A stretch of 64,000 nt of DNA from a virus, in the IMG/VR virus record IMGVR_UViG_3300025467_000009, positions 32,001 to 96,000 of that record; one strand, given 5' to 3'. The notes below the pieces were generated by a model. The model was not told the DNA's origin. It worked only from the letters and a program-made list of their open reading frames with translations, and searched no databases. A program made the translations under genes and the position numbers. The first letter of the stretch is position 1. Every line of letters starts with the position of its first letter. Shown here piece by piece: positions 31,397 through 41,369 of this stretch.

Positions 31397-31900
31397 ATGA
31401 AACGAAACGAACAAAGCAGCGTAAACCCTTTAGGTGCAGAAGTTTTTCCAGAAGAGTGGAAAGAACCTTTTGAAGGACTTCTGTACCTAGGGTACTTGCA
31501 CAAAGAAATTAAGAAAATCCCATTTCACACTTTTGTAGTAAGAACTCTAACGGTAAATGAAAAGCTAGAAATTACACTAGCAACCAAGGATTATCAAGAC
31601 ACAGTAGGATACGGTAGAGCTTACCGAGCAGCAGTTGTTGCCGCAGGTCTTGAGAGTGTAGATGGTAGGGAGTTAATTCCTTCTGTAAAGGGAACTAACA
31701 CCTTTAGACAGAAGTTTGAGTACGTCATCAACAGTTGGTATGACGGAGTAATTGATGTTCTGTTCGCAGAAATTGACGAACTAGAAGGTCAGGTATTTAA
31801 GGTACTTCAAGAGATTGGAATTCTTCCTAAGGATTCTACAGTCACCCCTATCTTTAAAGATGAAGAAGAGATCAGTGATACCCCAAAAGGTGGGAAGTAG
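31397..31900 (+). CDS. tail assembly chaperone (gpG-like)
   Basis: Between tube and tape measure; ends at a slippery site. Confidence 0.7.
   Translation: MKRNEQSSVNPLGAEVFPEEWKEPFEGLLYLGYLHKEIKKIPFHTFVVRTLTVNEKLEITLATKDYQDTVGYGRAYRAAVVAAGLESVDGRELIPSVKGTNTFRQKFEYVINSWYDGVIDVLFAEIDELEGQVFKVLQEIGILPKDSTVTPIFKDEEEISDTPKGGK
31882..31888 (+). other. -1 programmed ribosomal frameshift heptamer C CCA AAA
   Basis: X XXY YYZ in frame (ACC CCA AAA GGT); the -1 frame is open from 31879 into the 31927-32304 ORF. Confidence 0.75.
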
Positions 31901-31926
31901 ATCAGTATCTTCAGTATCACATTGAG

Positions 31927-32304
31927 ATGGCCCTTGAAAGAGGGTTCTTTAACAAAGAAGTCTTAAGTGAAGTACAAGAAAAACTACTATTAATTTCTCT
32001 TATCTTAAAGAAGAGAAAAAACCAAGAACTTGAAGAGTCAAAGTTTGAACAACAACTCTTAATTCACCGCCCAGAAGCTTACAAAGAATATAAGAGGGCG
32101 AAAGAAGACCAACTTGAAGAGAATCTTGGTTACTCAGAAATTGTCTGGAAAACTCCAGAAACAGTTGAAGAGGCACAAGAAGTTCTTTCCGCAATTTCTA
32201 ATGCTCACAAAGATCTTGAAAAAGATGAAGACTTTGAAAGAGACTTGGAACTCCTACAACAATTCCACGGTATAGATGTCTCCCAACTAGGAGAAGAAGA
32301 ATAG
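31927..32304 (+). CDS. tail assembly chaperone extension (gpT-like, probably made as a G-T fusion)
   Basis: -1 frame relative to upstream ORF, no clear RBS, directly before tape measure. Confidence 0.65.
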   Translation: MALERGFFNKEVLSEVQEKLLLISLILKKRKNQELEESKFEQQLLIHRPEAYKEYKRAKEDQLEENLGYSEIVWKTPETVEEAQEVLSAISNAHKDLEKDEDFERDLELLQQFHGIDVSQLGEEE

Positions 32305-32311
32305 GATAAAA

Positions 32312-34783
32312 ATGGCAGACAATATTATGGGTGGGTACGGCTCATCAGATATTACAGCCAATATTGAACTCAATCTTAATAATATTGACCGTTCTACCCA
32401 AGATGCCGCTGCACTTGCTAGTCAATTAAAAGACTGGGGTTCAAGTATTGAAGCCGCAACTAAACAACTTCAAGACTATAATACTGCCCAGGGAGAAATG
32501 CTTGAAACTGCAGGGCAACTTGCAGAAACACAAGAAAGAATCCTAGAAGCCGCTAGGCAACTTAAAGAACTTTCAGCCTCATCAAATGTTAACTTCAGAG
32601 ACATGGCACAAAATGCCCATGAAATTAACAGAGCAATTTCTGGTCTAAGTGGTGGTGGTGAAGGGTATACTCCAGGTGTTTCAAGTACAACACCTGCTAG
32701 TGTAGTTGATGGTGGTGGTGCAAATGTTGGCTATGGTATGCCTGGTGCACCTGAAGCAACTGCTGCCGATTTTGGTATGTCGGGAGGGGGTAGTTTACTA
32801 GACAACTTGGTAACTGCCACTATGATGGGTAATACTGGTGGTGGAAAAGGTAGAAGAGGTAGTGGTAGAGCCAATGCTCCAGTAAGTACAAAAGGTATTT
32901 TAAGCCATGAAGAAATGCAAACTTCATATGGTGAGTCAATGGCTAAAAAAATGCTGGGTATTAATTATTGGATGCCTGGTGGTAAAGTAGCTGCTCTTGG
33001 TAGATACATTGATAGACTTTCAGGTGGTAGGGTAACTGAAGGATTAGGTGGTATGGTAAGTAGGCACCCACGTATTTTTGGTACCCCAGGTTCTGAGTTT
33101 GGTGGTCCAGGTTCTGGTGCTTTTACACAAGCTATGATGGAACAAGGTATTGGTCCAATGACTGCCGAACAAGCAGCCATGCTTCCTGAAAGTGTTGCTG
33201 CTAGTGTTATGCCAGAAATTGGAGGGGCTGCTATAGCTGCTGAAGCTGCAGGTGGTCTTGGAGTAGCTGGTAGTGCAGGTTTGCTAGGAGCACTTGGTAG
33301 TGCAGCAACTGCTCTTGCACCAGTTGCAGCTGCTGGTTATTTAGGTATGCAAGCTTACAATGCTTATGCTGCCTATGACCGACAAGGTCAAGTTCTTGGT
33401 AGTTTAACTGGTGAAAATAATGCTGGTAAAATGGTTGGTATGGAAACCAACGATTTTTTTAATACACTATTTAATCCACGTCTAAGTTATGGTGCTGCTA
33501 AAGAAATTCAAATGACTGGACTTTCTGCTGGTTTTCAAGGAGATGTAAACGGTTTATTTAATGGTGGTACAGGTCCAAATGCAGGGTTACTTGGCCAATA
33601 CACAGGGTTTGCTAGTGGTGCATATCAACAATATGGTATGAGCCCACAAGAGAGTTTGCAAATGTTTAACTCTTCAGTAATTGCTGCCGGTGCTACTGTT
33701 CAACAATTAACTACTGCATTAAATGGACTAGCTAATACTAGTGCTACCACAGGTGCTAGTTTTTCTCAATTAAGAGCTAATTTTATTTATTCTACAAATC
33801 TACTTGGTGGTCTTGGTTTTCAAGGTGCTATGGCAACAGACCTTGCTGCTGGTATTTCTCTTGCTAATGTAGGAAATTCACAAGCAAATACTTATCTTAG
33901 ACAACAAGATATTGGTGGTACAGGTATGATGCTTGAAACCATGCCAGGCCTTGCACTTACAGCACAAGCCGCTGGTATGTCATTTACACAAGCATTTTCT
34001 CAAATGGGTACACAAAGTGGTGCAGCAGCACTTGCTGGTGCAACCAATACTGCAGTTTTAAATGTTATTAAGAACAGTCTTGGAATTTATCCTGGAATGC
34101 CAGGCCTTCAAGCTGCAATTGATAATAACCTATATCAAATTTATGTAATTCTTTCATCACTTATGCCAATGGGTCCTGATGGTAAGGGTGCTCAATGGAC
34201 ACCGCAAGCTGCAAGAGATTGGATAACTAAAGCAATGACAAATGGTGGTAGTGGAGAGAGTATATCTGGTGCAAGTGCTCAAAGTATTACAAAATTGTAT
34301 AATCAATTAACAGGCGGTAAAACAGGTGAAACAGGTATTACTAATTCAATTAGTGCAATAGCTGGAAAACTTGGAGCATCTGCTAATCTTTCAAAAACTG
34401 GTCTTACAGCAGAAGTAAATGTTGGTGGCAATTGGGAAACTCTTGGTTCTATACAATACGATAGTGCAAAGCAACAACAGCAAATATTCCAAGATATGCT
34501 TTCAGGTAAAGATAAACTTCGTACCATCCAATGGGGCCCACTTGGTCAAAAGCAATATGGTTCTTCTAAGTCTGTAGGAGATCTTTTTGGTGTTACAGCA
34601 CTTCAAGGGATTAATAATGGTACATTAACTCAAAATCAAATGCAAATTGAACTTGGTCCAAGGGCAGCCGCTTTGTTTGAGTTAATTAATAATCCACAAA
34701 AACTTACCAATGCACAACTTAAAATGCTTGCAGGCATGGGATTAGATGTCAATACTAGACAAAATACCGGTTGGATGCCATAA
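32312..34783 (+). CDS. tape measure protein
   Basis: 823 aa, N-terminal coiled coil, Ala/Gly/Met-rich helices, canonical position after the chaperone pair. Confidence 0.75.
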   Translation: MADNIMGGYGSSDITANIELNLNNIDRSTQDAAALASQLKDWGSSIEAATKQLQDYNTAQGEMLETAGQLAETQERILEAARQLKELSASSNVNFRDMAQNAHEINRAISGLSGGGEGYTPGVSSTTPASVVDGGGANVGYGMPGAPEATAADFGMSGGGSLLDNLVTATMMGNTGGGKGRRGSGRANAPVSTKGILSHEEMQTSYGESMAKKMLGINYWMPGGKVAALGRYIDRLSGGRVTEGLGGMVSRHPRIFGTPGSEFGGPGSGAFTQAMMEQGIGPMTAEQAAMLPESVAASVMPEIGGAAIAAEAAGGLGVAGSAGLLGALGSAATALAPVAAAGYLGMQAYNAYAAYDRQGQVLGSLTGENNAGKMVGMETNDFFNTLFNPRLSYGAAKEIQMTGLSAGFQGDVNGLFNGGTGPNAGLLGQYTGFASGAYQQYGMSPQESLQMFNSSVIAAGATVQQLTTALNGLANTSATTGASFSQLRANFIYSTNLLGGLGFQGAMATDLAAGISLANVGNSQANTYLRQQDIGGTGMMLETMPGLALTAQAAGMSFTQAFSQMGTQSGAAALAGATNTAVLNVIKNSLGIYPGMPGLQAAIDNNLYQIYVILSSLMPMGPDGKGAQWTPQAARDWITKAMTNGGSGESISGASAQSITKLYNQLTGGKTGETGITNSISAIAGKLGASANLSKTGLTAEVNVGGNWETLGSIQYDSAKQQQQIFQDMLSGKDKLRTIQWGPLGQKQYGSSKSVGDLFGVTALQGINNGTLTQNQMQIELGPRAAALFELINNPQKLTNAQLKMLAGMGLDVNTRQNTGWMP

Positions 34784-35406
34784 TGACAAGTGTTGCTACC
34801 CTTACTTTAGGAAATACTCAAACAATAGCACTTCCATATAATCCTAATAATGTTATGTGGAACTATATTTTGAACAAACAAATAATTGATACTTACGGTG
34901 GTCGTGTAGTTCAAATACTTTCTGTTGCAACTCAACAAATGAACTTTTCTGGAGATGCAGGCAGTAGGCCTAAATTAATGTATTTGTTTTCTCAATTAAA
35001 GCAAATGCAAACTAATCAAATTCAATCAAAAGCAGCCGCCACACTTGTAATTCCTGCAAGTTTTGCTGAAAATGGAACTATTACTCAAAGTGTCTATATT
35101 GAAACAATTAACTTGGGAATTGATTATACAACTGTAACTCATCCTTATCAAATTGCTTTTCAAATAGAAGACAATAATGTTACCGACCAATTGATAACAA
35201 AAACTTTAAAAGAAGTAGGCAATATTTTTAATTATTCTGCAGGTGTTGGTAATACTATAACAGGCCAACTAAACTTAGTTTATCAAGGACTTGATTCAGT
35301 AAACCAACTGAGTGTTGCACAACTTGCTAACTCTTTTGCCGCAACTTCCAGTGATGCAAAAACAATTATAAATACCCCTAATGTAGGGTCAAGTTACAAC
35401 GTATAA
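34783..35406 (+). CDS. putative tail tube initiator/baseplate protein
   Basis: LPYNPNNV..DTYGGRVVQILS; follows tape measure (TAATG overlap). Confidence 0.5.
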   Translation: MTSVATLTLGNTQTIALPYNPNNVMWNYILNKQIIDTYGGRVVQILSVATQQMNFSGDAGSRPKLMYLFSQLKQMQTNQIQSKAAATLVIPASFAENGTITQSVYIETINLGIDYTTVTHPYQIAFQIEDNNVTDQLITKTLKEVGNIFNYSAGVGNTITGQLNLVYQGLDSVNQLSVAQLANSFAATSSDAKTIINTPNVGSSYNV

Positions 35407-35407
35407 T

Positions 35408-35584
35408 ATGGCAGATTCAAAACCTATCAGTGATTGCTTAGTTTCAAAACCAATTTACTATCCAGATGAAGAAATTATTACTTGGAACGGTTTTGCATGG
35501 AGTAATAGTAAGGGTATCATTCTTCAAAGTCAAAACCCAAACCCTGCTTCTTCTTTTAATGATTGGTTGGGAAATCAACAATGA
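35408..35584 (+). CDS. small hypothetical protein (58 aa, MADSKPISDCLVSKPIYYPDEE...), absent from ORF track
   Basis: Translated by hand; ATGA overlap with next gene. Confidence 0.55.
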   Translation: MADSKPISDCLVSKPIYYPDEEIITWNGFAWSNSKGIILQSQNPNPASSFNDWLGNQQ

Positions 35585-36423
35585 CAAATGCAGCTAATAA
35601 TTATTTAAATAGAGGTGGTAATTCTAATATTGTCCTTTCAACAGGTTCTGATATTAAAGGAAATTTAATTACAACTACTTATGATTTATGGATTACTAAC
35701 TTTTCTACATCTGCACAAACTCAATTTGCTAGTGCTCAGACACACCAATCAATTGTTTGGGTTCCAATTCGTAGATCTGAAATGATGATTAGTTTTGGTA
35801 TTGACTGGCCATTACAAGTAACTGGAAATACAACCGCTGGTAAATATGATTACAACGGTTTTCAAGCAATGCAACAATTCCATAATGATTTAAGGGCACA
35901 TCAAAAGTTGAGCGCAACAACTTCTGTTAGTCCTCCACCTATGAATTTTACTTATTTCAATAATTACTACCCTGTTGATGCAGCTGCAAATACTACCAAC
36001 CTTGACATAACTTCTAGACCAGGTTCTACTTATTCAACTGCTAAAGCAAATAGTTTGGTTAATAATAATCTTTCAAGGATTATTGATTATACCCAACTTA
36101 CAAATACTGCAACAGGTCCAGATTATAAAGCAAGTAATCCTGTTCAAAGCAATTTGCAATTACAACCATTACAATATCAAGGATGGATTTTACAAGTTGC
36201 TAAAGAATATGACCGTTTTAAAGCAGTTTATTCTGTTCAATATGTAATGAATGTATTAACTCCTCAAAATGGTAATAATGATATTCCTTCAAGTATTGTA
36301 GTTAAAGGTAACTTGTCACAACTTAGACCAACCGCTAATACTGTCCTTCAACAAGGTCAAAATTGGACCAGGGTAAATATAACCATGGGTAATGGAATCA
36401 ATATAGATGGGATTCCAGGATGA
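35581..36423 (+). CDS. putative baseplate protein
   Basis: Inside baseplate block; ATGA overlaps at both ends. Confidence 0.5.
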   Translation: MTNAANNYLNRGGNSNIVLSTGSDIKGNLITTTYDLWITNFSTSAQTQFASAQTHQSIVWVPIRRSEMMISFGIDWPLQVTGNTTAGKYDYNGFQAMQQFHNDLRAHQKLSATTSVSPPPMNFTYFNNYYPVDAAANTTNLDITSRPGSTYSTAKANSLVNNNLSRIIDYTQLTNTATGPDYKASNPVQSNLQLQPLQYQGWILQVAKEYDRFKAVYSVQYVMNVLTPQNGNNDIPSSIVVKGNLSQLRPTANTVLQQGQNWTRVNITMGNGINIDGIPG

Positions 36424-39400
36424 CGGCTTCAAAAACTACAGGAACTTATTTTTATTCACCAGATATAAAAATTTTTGTAAAGAGTTCTTCAAAGAAAGAC
36501 AAAGACGGTAATTTTGAAATTATAGATGTTTCAGAAGATATAACCAACTTTTCAATTACTAGACAAACAAATTCTACAAGTAATGCAAATTTTACTTTAG
36601 TAAATAAAGGGTGGAAGTACACACTTCCTCCTGAGTCTATAGCAAGTGGTCAAACATCACTCCCTATAGAAACAATGGACCAAGTAGTTATATATCTAAA
36701 AAGAGATACTTATCTACAATATTTTACAGGTTATATAACTAATGCTCCTATAATTACTTTAGTCCCTCAACCGGTAACTTTTGAGGCACAATGCACTATT
36801 TATAAAATTCAAAACAGTTTTTGGGATGTTAATAACCTTTCCTTCCAGTCATTAATGCCTGGTATGCTTATGGCCTCAACATCTGATGCTTCAAAATGGG
36901 GTGATGGTGGTGCAGCTCAAGGTATTGTTAATGTACTTTCTAATGTTGTAGGAATCCCATTGCCTAACATTCATGTTGCATCTATACCTTCAGGTTGGAT
37001 AGCAAATGCTGCTCAAACATACAATTTTTTAATTAATACAAACACCCCTTATGTATCTCAAGACGGTGCTCAAACATTGATGCAAGCACTTGATGGTGCC
37101 GGAATTATTAGTGGTAATAACTTAATTGGTACCGGTATTAATAAAACAAATATTACTTATAGTGGTTTAGATCCTACCCAAATTCAAGCAGTTACAATTC
37201 CTAACGGTGTATCAACAAATGCTGTTATGGCACCGGGTACACTACTTAATGGTGCTCAAGGTGGTGCATTAGGATACACAATCCCTAACGGACCAACTGG
37301 TATTATTGCTCAAACTGTATCAGTTAAAGATGTTTGGGATTATTATTCAAATGGTAGTAATAAGCCTCAACCTGTTTCTGCTGATAGGCAAGATCCAGAT
37401 TATTGGTGTGTAATTTCTTGGCCTTATTTTACTAGTAATATTGGTAATGCAGCTGAAGCGGCAAATTGGCTTGGTGGTCAAGGTTCTGGTTGGGATAATG
37501 GTAGACCTATACTTGTTACTAGTATTGCAAATGCTAAACAAGTTGTAGTTAAAGCAAGTATTGCAGGTAACACAGCAAACAATATTGTTCTTAGTAGAGC
37601 CGCATGGGAATACCTAGCAGGGACACCGGTTACCCAAAATGTTGGGAAGCATAAAACTTCTACTGGTACTTCTACTACTGGTGATTTTTATTTGTCAAAT
37701 AATATCAGGGTAACCCTAGCATGGGCAGACCCTACAAAAGTTCATGAAGGTCCTCAGGATACTACAACCCTTGTTAGTCAACTTCAAAGTTACGGTTATT
37801 CATTAGGCGATACACTTGCTCAAGGTGGTACTACAACTAGTCAAACAGTTAACCAAGGTGGGCAACTTTCAACAACAACTACAAGTTCTACAGGTGATAC
37901 TAATACTGTAGTTACAAAGAACACACCAAGTAGTGCAAACAACTCAGGTGGTCCTCCTCCTTGGAACAAAGCTCCAATATCCCCTTGGAGATATGACAAT
38001 AGTACTTCTTGGGCTCACTTATGTTTACTATATGGTGGCTTCCCAAACACTGATAATAATGCCGCTCTCATTAATCTTTGGATTACACTAGAAAATGCTG
38101 ATAACTGGGCTTGTTATTACAATCCTCTTGGTGATACAGATACTAGTTTAGGCTCTGCTGTAGGTAGAGGTGGTACACCAGGTGCTGCTTTTCAATCACT
38201 TGATGCTGCAGCTCAATGGTGGGGTTATAAAATGAATACCTCAATTTATTGGGCAATTGGTGCAGTATTTGATAGTAGGCCTAGATATTCTAATGGTACA
38301 TACACTCCTACCAAAAAATATGATAGTAACAAAAAATTAATACCAGACATACCATTGCCTAGTGCTAATACACCTGGTGCACCAAAAGATTTAGGTAGTG
38401 CAATTAACATTTTTAAAACTGCAGTTCAAGCATGCCCTTGGGATGGTGGTCACTATCAACACAAAGCAGCAGGAACTTGGGGTGTAGGAAGCACTAATCC
38501 TAGGGCATACACAAATCCTGGTATTTGGGTTCCAACACCTTATGGTACATGGAAAGGTGGCCCTGCATCTACAGGAACTGTAAACAACCCAACAAATGGT
38601 AATCTTCCTACAACAGCTACCAATACTGGAACAAACTTTAATATAACTTTTCAACCACCACAGATTGACCAAAATACATTAGCACTTATTGGTACACCAA
38701 GAGCATTTGTTACAGACCAACCTGTACTTCAAAGTGTTGCAACAATGGTGCAAAGTAGTTTGAGGCAATTTCAAAGTGCTCCTAATGGTGACTTCTTAGC
38801 ATGGTTCCCAGATTATTTTGGTCTTTACGGTCAAGCACCCTCACTAAGTGTCCATGATATAGAAATTATTGATTTTACTATTTACCATGATGACACTAAA
38901 TTAGTAACTCACATTGCAGTTAGTGGTGACCAAGTAAACTTAGGAACAAGTGTTGGTTTAGTTGATTGGATGCAAAGTAACGGTATTATTTCTGTTCAAA
39001 TACCAGAAATTATGGCAATATTATTTGGTTTTGCAACTGCAGATAGTCCCAATGCAACAACTACCGCACTAGATGCTCTTTACAAACAATTAGGAAGAAA
39101 TTTTGCAAATAATTTTCTTGCTAGATACGGTATGAGGCCTCTTGTTCAAGAACAACCAATGATTCGTAGTCATGTCACAGAATTTATGTATGCCTGGCAA
39201 TTGTTTATGCAAAGTTGGGCAAATCAATATTCTTCAACAATTAGACTTTCATTTATGCCTGAACTTTATCCTGGTATGAGGATTAGGCTTGAAGACCATG
39301 GTATTGAAGTCTACGTTCAAAGTGTTCAACATCAAGGTGATAGAGCAAGTGGTTTTTATACAATTGCAAATGTTACTTGTCCAGTTTATAGGAAAACATT

Positions 39401-39452
39401 AACAAGTAAACCTTCATTACTTCATTATGGTTTCCCACCACAAGTAGGTTAA
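36420..39452 (+). CDS. baseplate hub protein with inserted DPBB-like and lysozyme-like domains
   Basis: N-term IDVSEDI.NFSITR..; C-term RYGMRP..FMPELYPGMRIRL..VYVQSVQH of hub proteins; internal cell-wall-enzyme-like segments. Confidence 0.65.
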   Translation: MTASKTTGTYFYSPDIKIFVKSSSKKDKDGNFEIIDVSEDITNFSITRQTNSTSNANFTLVNKGWKYTLPPESIASGQTSLPIETMDQVVIYLKRDTYLQYFTGYITNAPIITLVPQPVTFEAQCTIYKIQNSFWDVNNLSFQSLMPGMLMASTSDASKWGDGGAAQGIVNVLSNVVGIPLPNIHVASIPSGWIANAAQTYNFLINTNTPYVSQDGAQTLMQALDGAGIISGNNLIGTGINKTNITYSGLDPTQIQAVTIPNGVSTNAVMAPGTLLNGAQGGALGYTIPNGPTGIIAQTVSVKDVWDYYSNGSNKPQPVSADRQDPDYWCVISWPYFTSNIGNAAEAANWLGGQGSGWDNGRPILVTSIANAKQVVVKASIAGNTANNIVLSRAAWEYLAGTPVTQNVGKHKTSTGTSTTGDFYLSNNIRVTLAWADPTKVHEGPQDTTTLVSQLQSYGYSLGDTLAQGGTTTSQTVNQGGQLSTTTTSSTGDTNTVVTKNTPSSANNSGGPPPWNKAPISPWRYDNSTSWAHLCLLYGGFPNTDNNAALINLWITLENADNWACYYNPLGDTDTSLGSAVGRGGTPGAAFQSLDAAAQWWGYKMNTSIYWAIGAVFDSRPRYSNGTYTPTKKYDSNKKLIPDIPLPSANTPGAPKDLGSAINIFKTAVQACPWDGGHYQHKAAGTWGVGSTNPRAYTNPGIWVPTPYGTWKGGPASTGTVNNPTNGNLPTTATNTGTNFNITFQPPQIDQNTLALIGTPRAFVTDQPVLQSVATMVQSSLRQFQSAPNGDFLAWFPDYFGLYGQAPSLSVHDIEIIDFTIYHDDTKLVTHIAVSGDQVNLGTSVGLVDWMQSNGIISVQIPEIMAILFGFATADSPNATTTALDALYKQLGRNFANNFLARYGMRPLVQEQPMIRSHVTEFMYAWQLFMQSWANQYSSTIRLSFMPELYPGMRIRLEDHGIEVYVQSVQHQGDRASGFYTIANVTCPVYRKTLTSKPSLLHYGFPPQVG

Positions 39453-39454
39453 TT

Positions 39455-40882
39455 ATGGTACTTAATGCTAATTCTACAGTTGTTACAACAAATAGACGAG
39501 TAACTATATTAAATGACCCTTATATAAACCCACTTAATAGTCTTCTTTGGACTACAGGGCAAGACAATAGAGGTTTTCAATATCAAATTGCATTGGATGT
39601 TTTGCCTGCCGGTGTAACTTCAGACATGATTAAACAAGGTCAAACTTGGTTTATTGAAAATACAACTACTGCATATAGATTAAGTCGTTATGTAGGCCAA
39701 ATTAGTGTTAGTACAATTAACGGTGTTACTATTAGTGGTGTACCAACTTCTACTGGACAAATTCTCACTTCAACTAGTATAAGCGGTGCTATCTGGTCAT
39801 CTTCAGTTTCAGTTAGTGGATTACCTGGTCCAACAATTAGTGGTTACATACTTGCTTTAAGTGGTACAACACCTACCTGGACTGCTCAATATCCTGTTGG
39901 TATTAGTGGTCAAGTATTAACTTTAAGTGGTACAGTCCCAACGCCTGTTTGGCAAACACCAAGTGCAGGTGCAGGTATTCCTGCCGGAACAGTTATTGAT
40001 TTTGCAGGTCCTTCAGCAAATGTACCTACAGGTTATTTAATTTGTGATGGTGCAAGTTATAGTACAACAATTTACGCTACTCTATTTTCCGCAATTGCCT
40101 ATACTTGGGGTGGTTCTGGTGCAAGTTTTAATGTTCCAGACTTAAGAGGTAAAGTTACAATTGGAGTTAGTGGAACAGCATATCCTCTTGCTGCACTTGG
40201 CGGAGAGTTTATGCACACACTCCAAAGTGGAGAAACTCCTCTCAATGTCCACACTCATACCTTTACAGTCCCAAGTTCTACAGGAACAACTAGTACAGGT
40301 ACAAGTTCTAGTGTAAGTCTTAGTATCCCAGGTAGTACTTATAGTACAGGAACTGGTACCACAGGTTCAACTACTACTGTAGCGGCTGCTGGTACTATTG
40401 GTTCAGGAAGTACAGGAAGTGGTACTGCTAATATTAGTGCTAGTACAAGTGTAAGTATATCAGATCCTGGTCACACACATAGTGCTGGATCTTATGCTTT
40501 TATGGTATACAATACTGGTGGTGGTGGAAACCTTTATGGTAGCGGAACCCCTAGTAATCACTTTGGTACTGCTAACCCAACTCAATCTGCAACAACAGGT
40601 ATTACTTCTAGTGCTACTACTTCTGCTAGTGACTCTGGTCACACCCACAGTCTATCTGGTGCAAGTTTTACTGTACCTTCACTCACTGTCAATAGTGCTT
40701 CTATACCTGCACTTTCTATTCCTGCAATGACTGTTGGTGGTAGTGTAGCTATTCCTGGTCTTAATTTTACAGTTCCTGCTCAAACCGGACTTAACACCAG
40801 TAACAACACCGCAATTACTAGTGTTTCAGGTCACAATAATATGCAGCCATATGCTGTAGTTTACAAGATTATCAAGACTTAA
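39455..40882 (+). CDS. tail collar domain fibre protein
   Basis: IPAGTVIDFAG..VPTGYLICDG..LFSAI..FNVPDLRG; H-T-H motifs; C-term HNNMQPYAVVYKIIKT. Confidence 0.8.
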   Translation: MVLNANSTVVTTNRRVTILNDPYINPLNSLLWTTGQDNRGFQYQIALDVLPAGVTSDMIKQGQTWFIENTTTAYRLSRYVGQISVSTINGVTISGVPTSTGQILTSTSISGAIWSSSVSVSGLPGPTISGYILALSGTTPTWTAQYPVGISGQVLTLSGTVPTPVWQTPSAGAGIPAGTVIDFAGPSANVPTGYLICDGASYSTTIYATLFSAIAYTWGGSGASFNVPDLRGKVTIGVSGTAYPLAALGGEFMHTLQSGETPLNVHTHTFTVPSSTGTTSTGTSSSVSLSIPGSTYSTGTGTTGSTTTVAAAGTIGSGSTGSGTANISASTSVSISDPGHTHSAGSYAFMVYNTGGGGNLYGSGTPSNHFGTANPTQSATTGITSSATTSASDSGHTHSLSGASFTVPSLTVNSASIPALSIPAMTVGGSVAIPGLNFTVPAQTGLNTSNNTAITSVSGHNNMQPYAVVYKIIKT

Positions 40883-40913
40883 TGTACTCAACATCTAAAC
40901 TTAAGGAAGTAAT

Positions 40914-41369
40914 ATGAAAAGCATGCAAGTTTCCAATGGGGATCTTGTACTAGATAGTGGTGGAAGACTTCAATTTGTTGTAGGCTCTAACAAATTAGTC
41001 CAAGACTTAGCACTCTGGTTAGAAGAACAATACGGTATTGGCTATACTACACCAAACTTTGGTAGTACACTTTATTCAATGATTGGTGGGCCAATCACTT
41101 CTAGTACCTTATCTCAAGTTCAAGCAGAAATTCAAAGAATAATTTCACTTTATTCTGCCCAGCAACTTCAAAATCTTCAAAACCTTCAACAAAGTTCTCA
41201 ATTAAGTTACTATAACAAGTCTGAAATTATTCAAAGTGTTGGAGACATAACTGTTCTACAAGGAACTGGTTTTATAAATGCTACTGTTGCTATTTCTACT
41301 TTAAATGGCCAACAATTTGCACTAAATCTATTAATCACACCAAACGGAATACAGGTTAACAATGGCTGA
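40914..41369 (+). CDS. baseplate wedge protein, gp25/GpW-like
   Basis: NGDLVL..KLVQDL..PNFGSTL; directly before baseplate J. Confidence 0.7.
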   Translation: MKSMQVSNGDLVLDSGGRLQFVVGSNKLVQDLALWLEEQYGIGYTTPNFGSTLYSMIGGPITSSTLSQVQAEIQRIISLYSAQQLQNLQNLQQSSQLSYYNKSEIIQSVGDITVLQGTGFINATVAISTLNGQQFALNLLITPNGIQVNNG

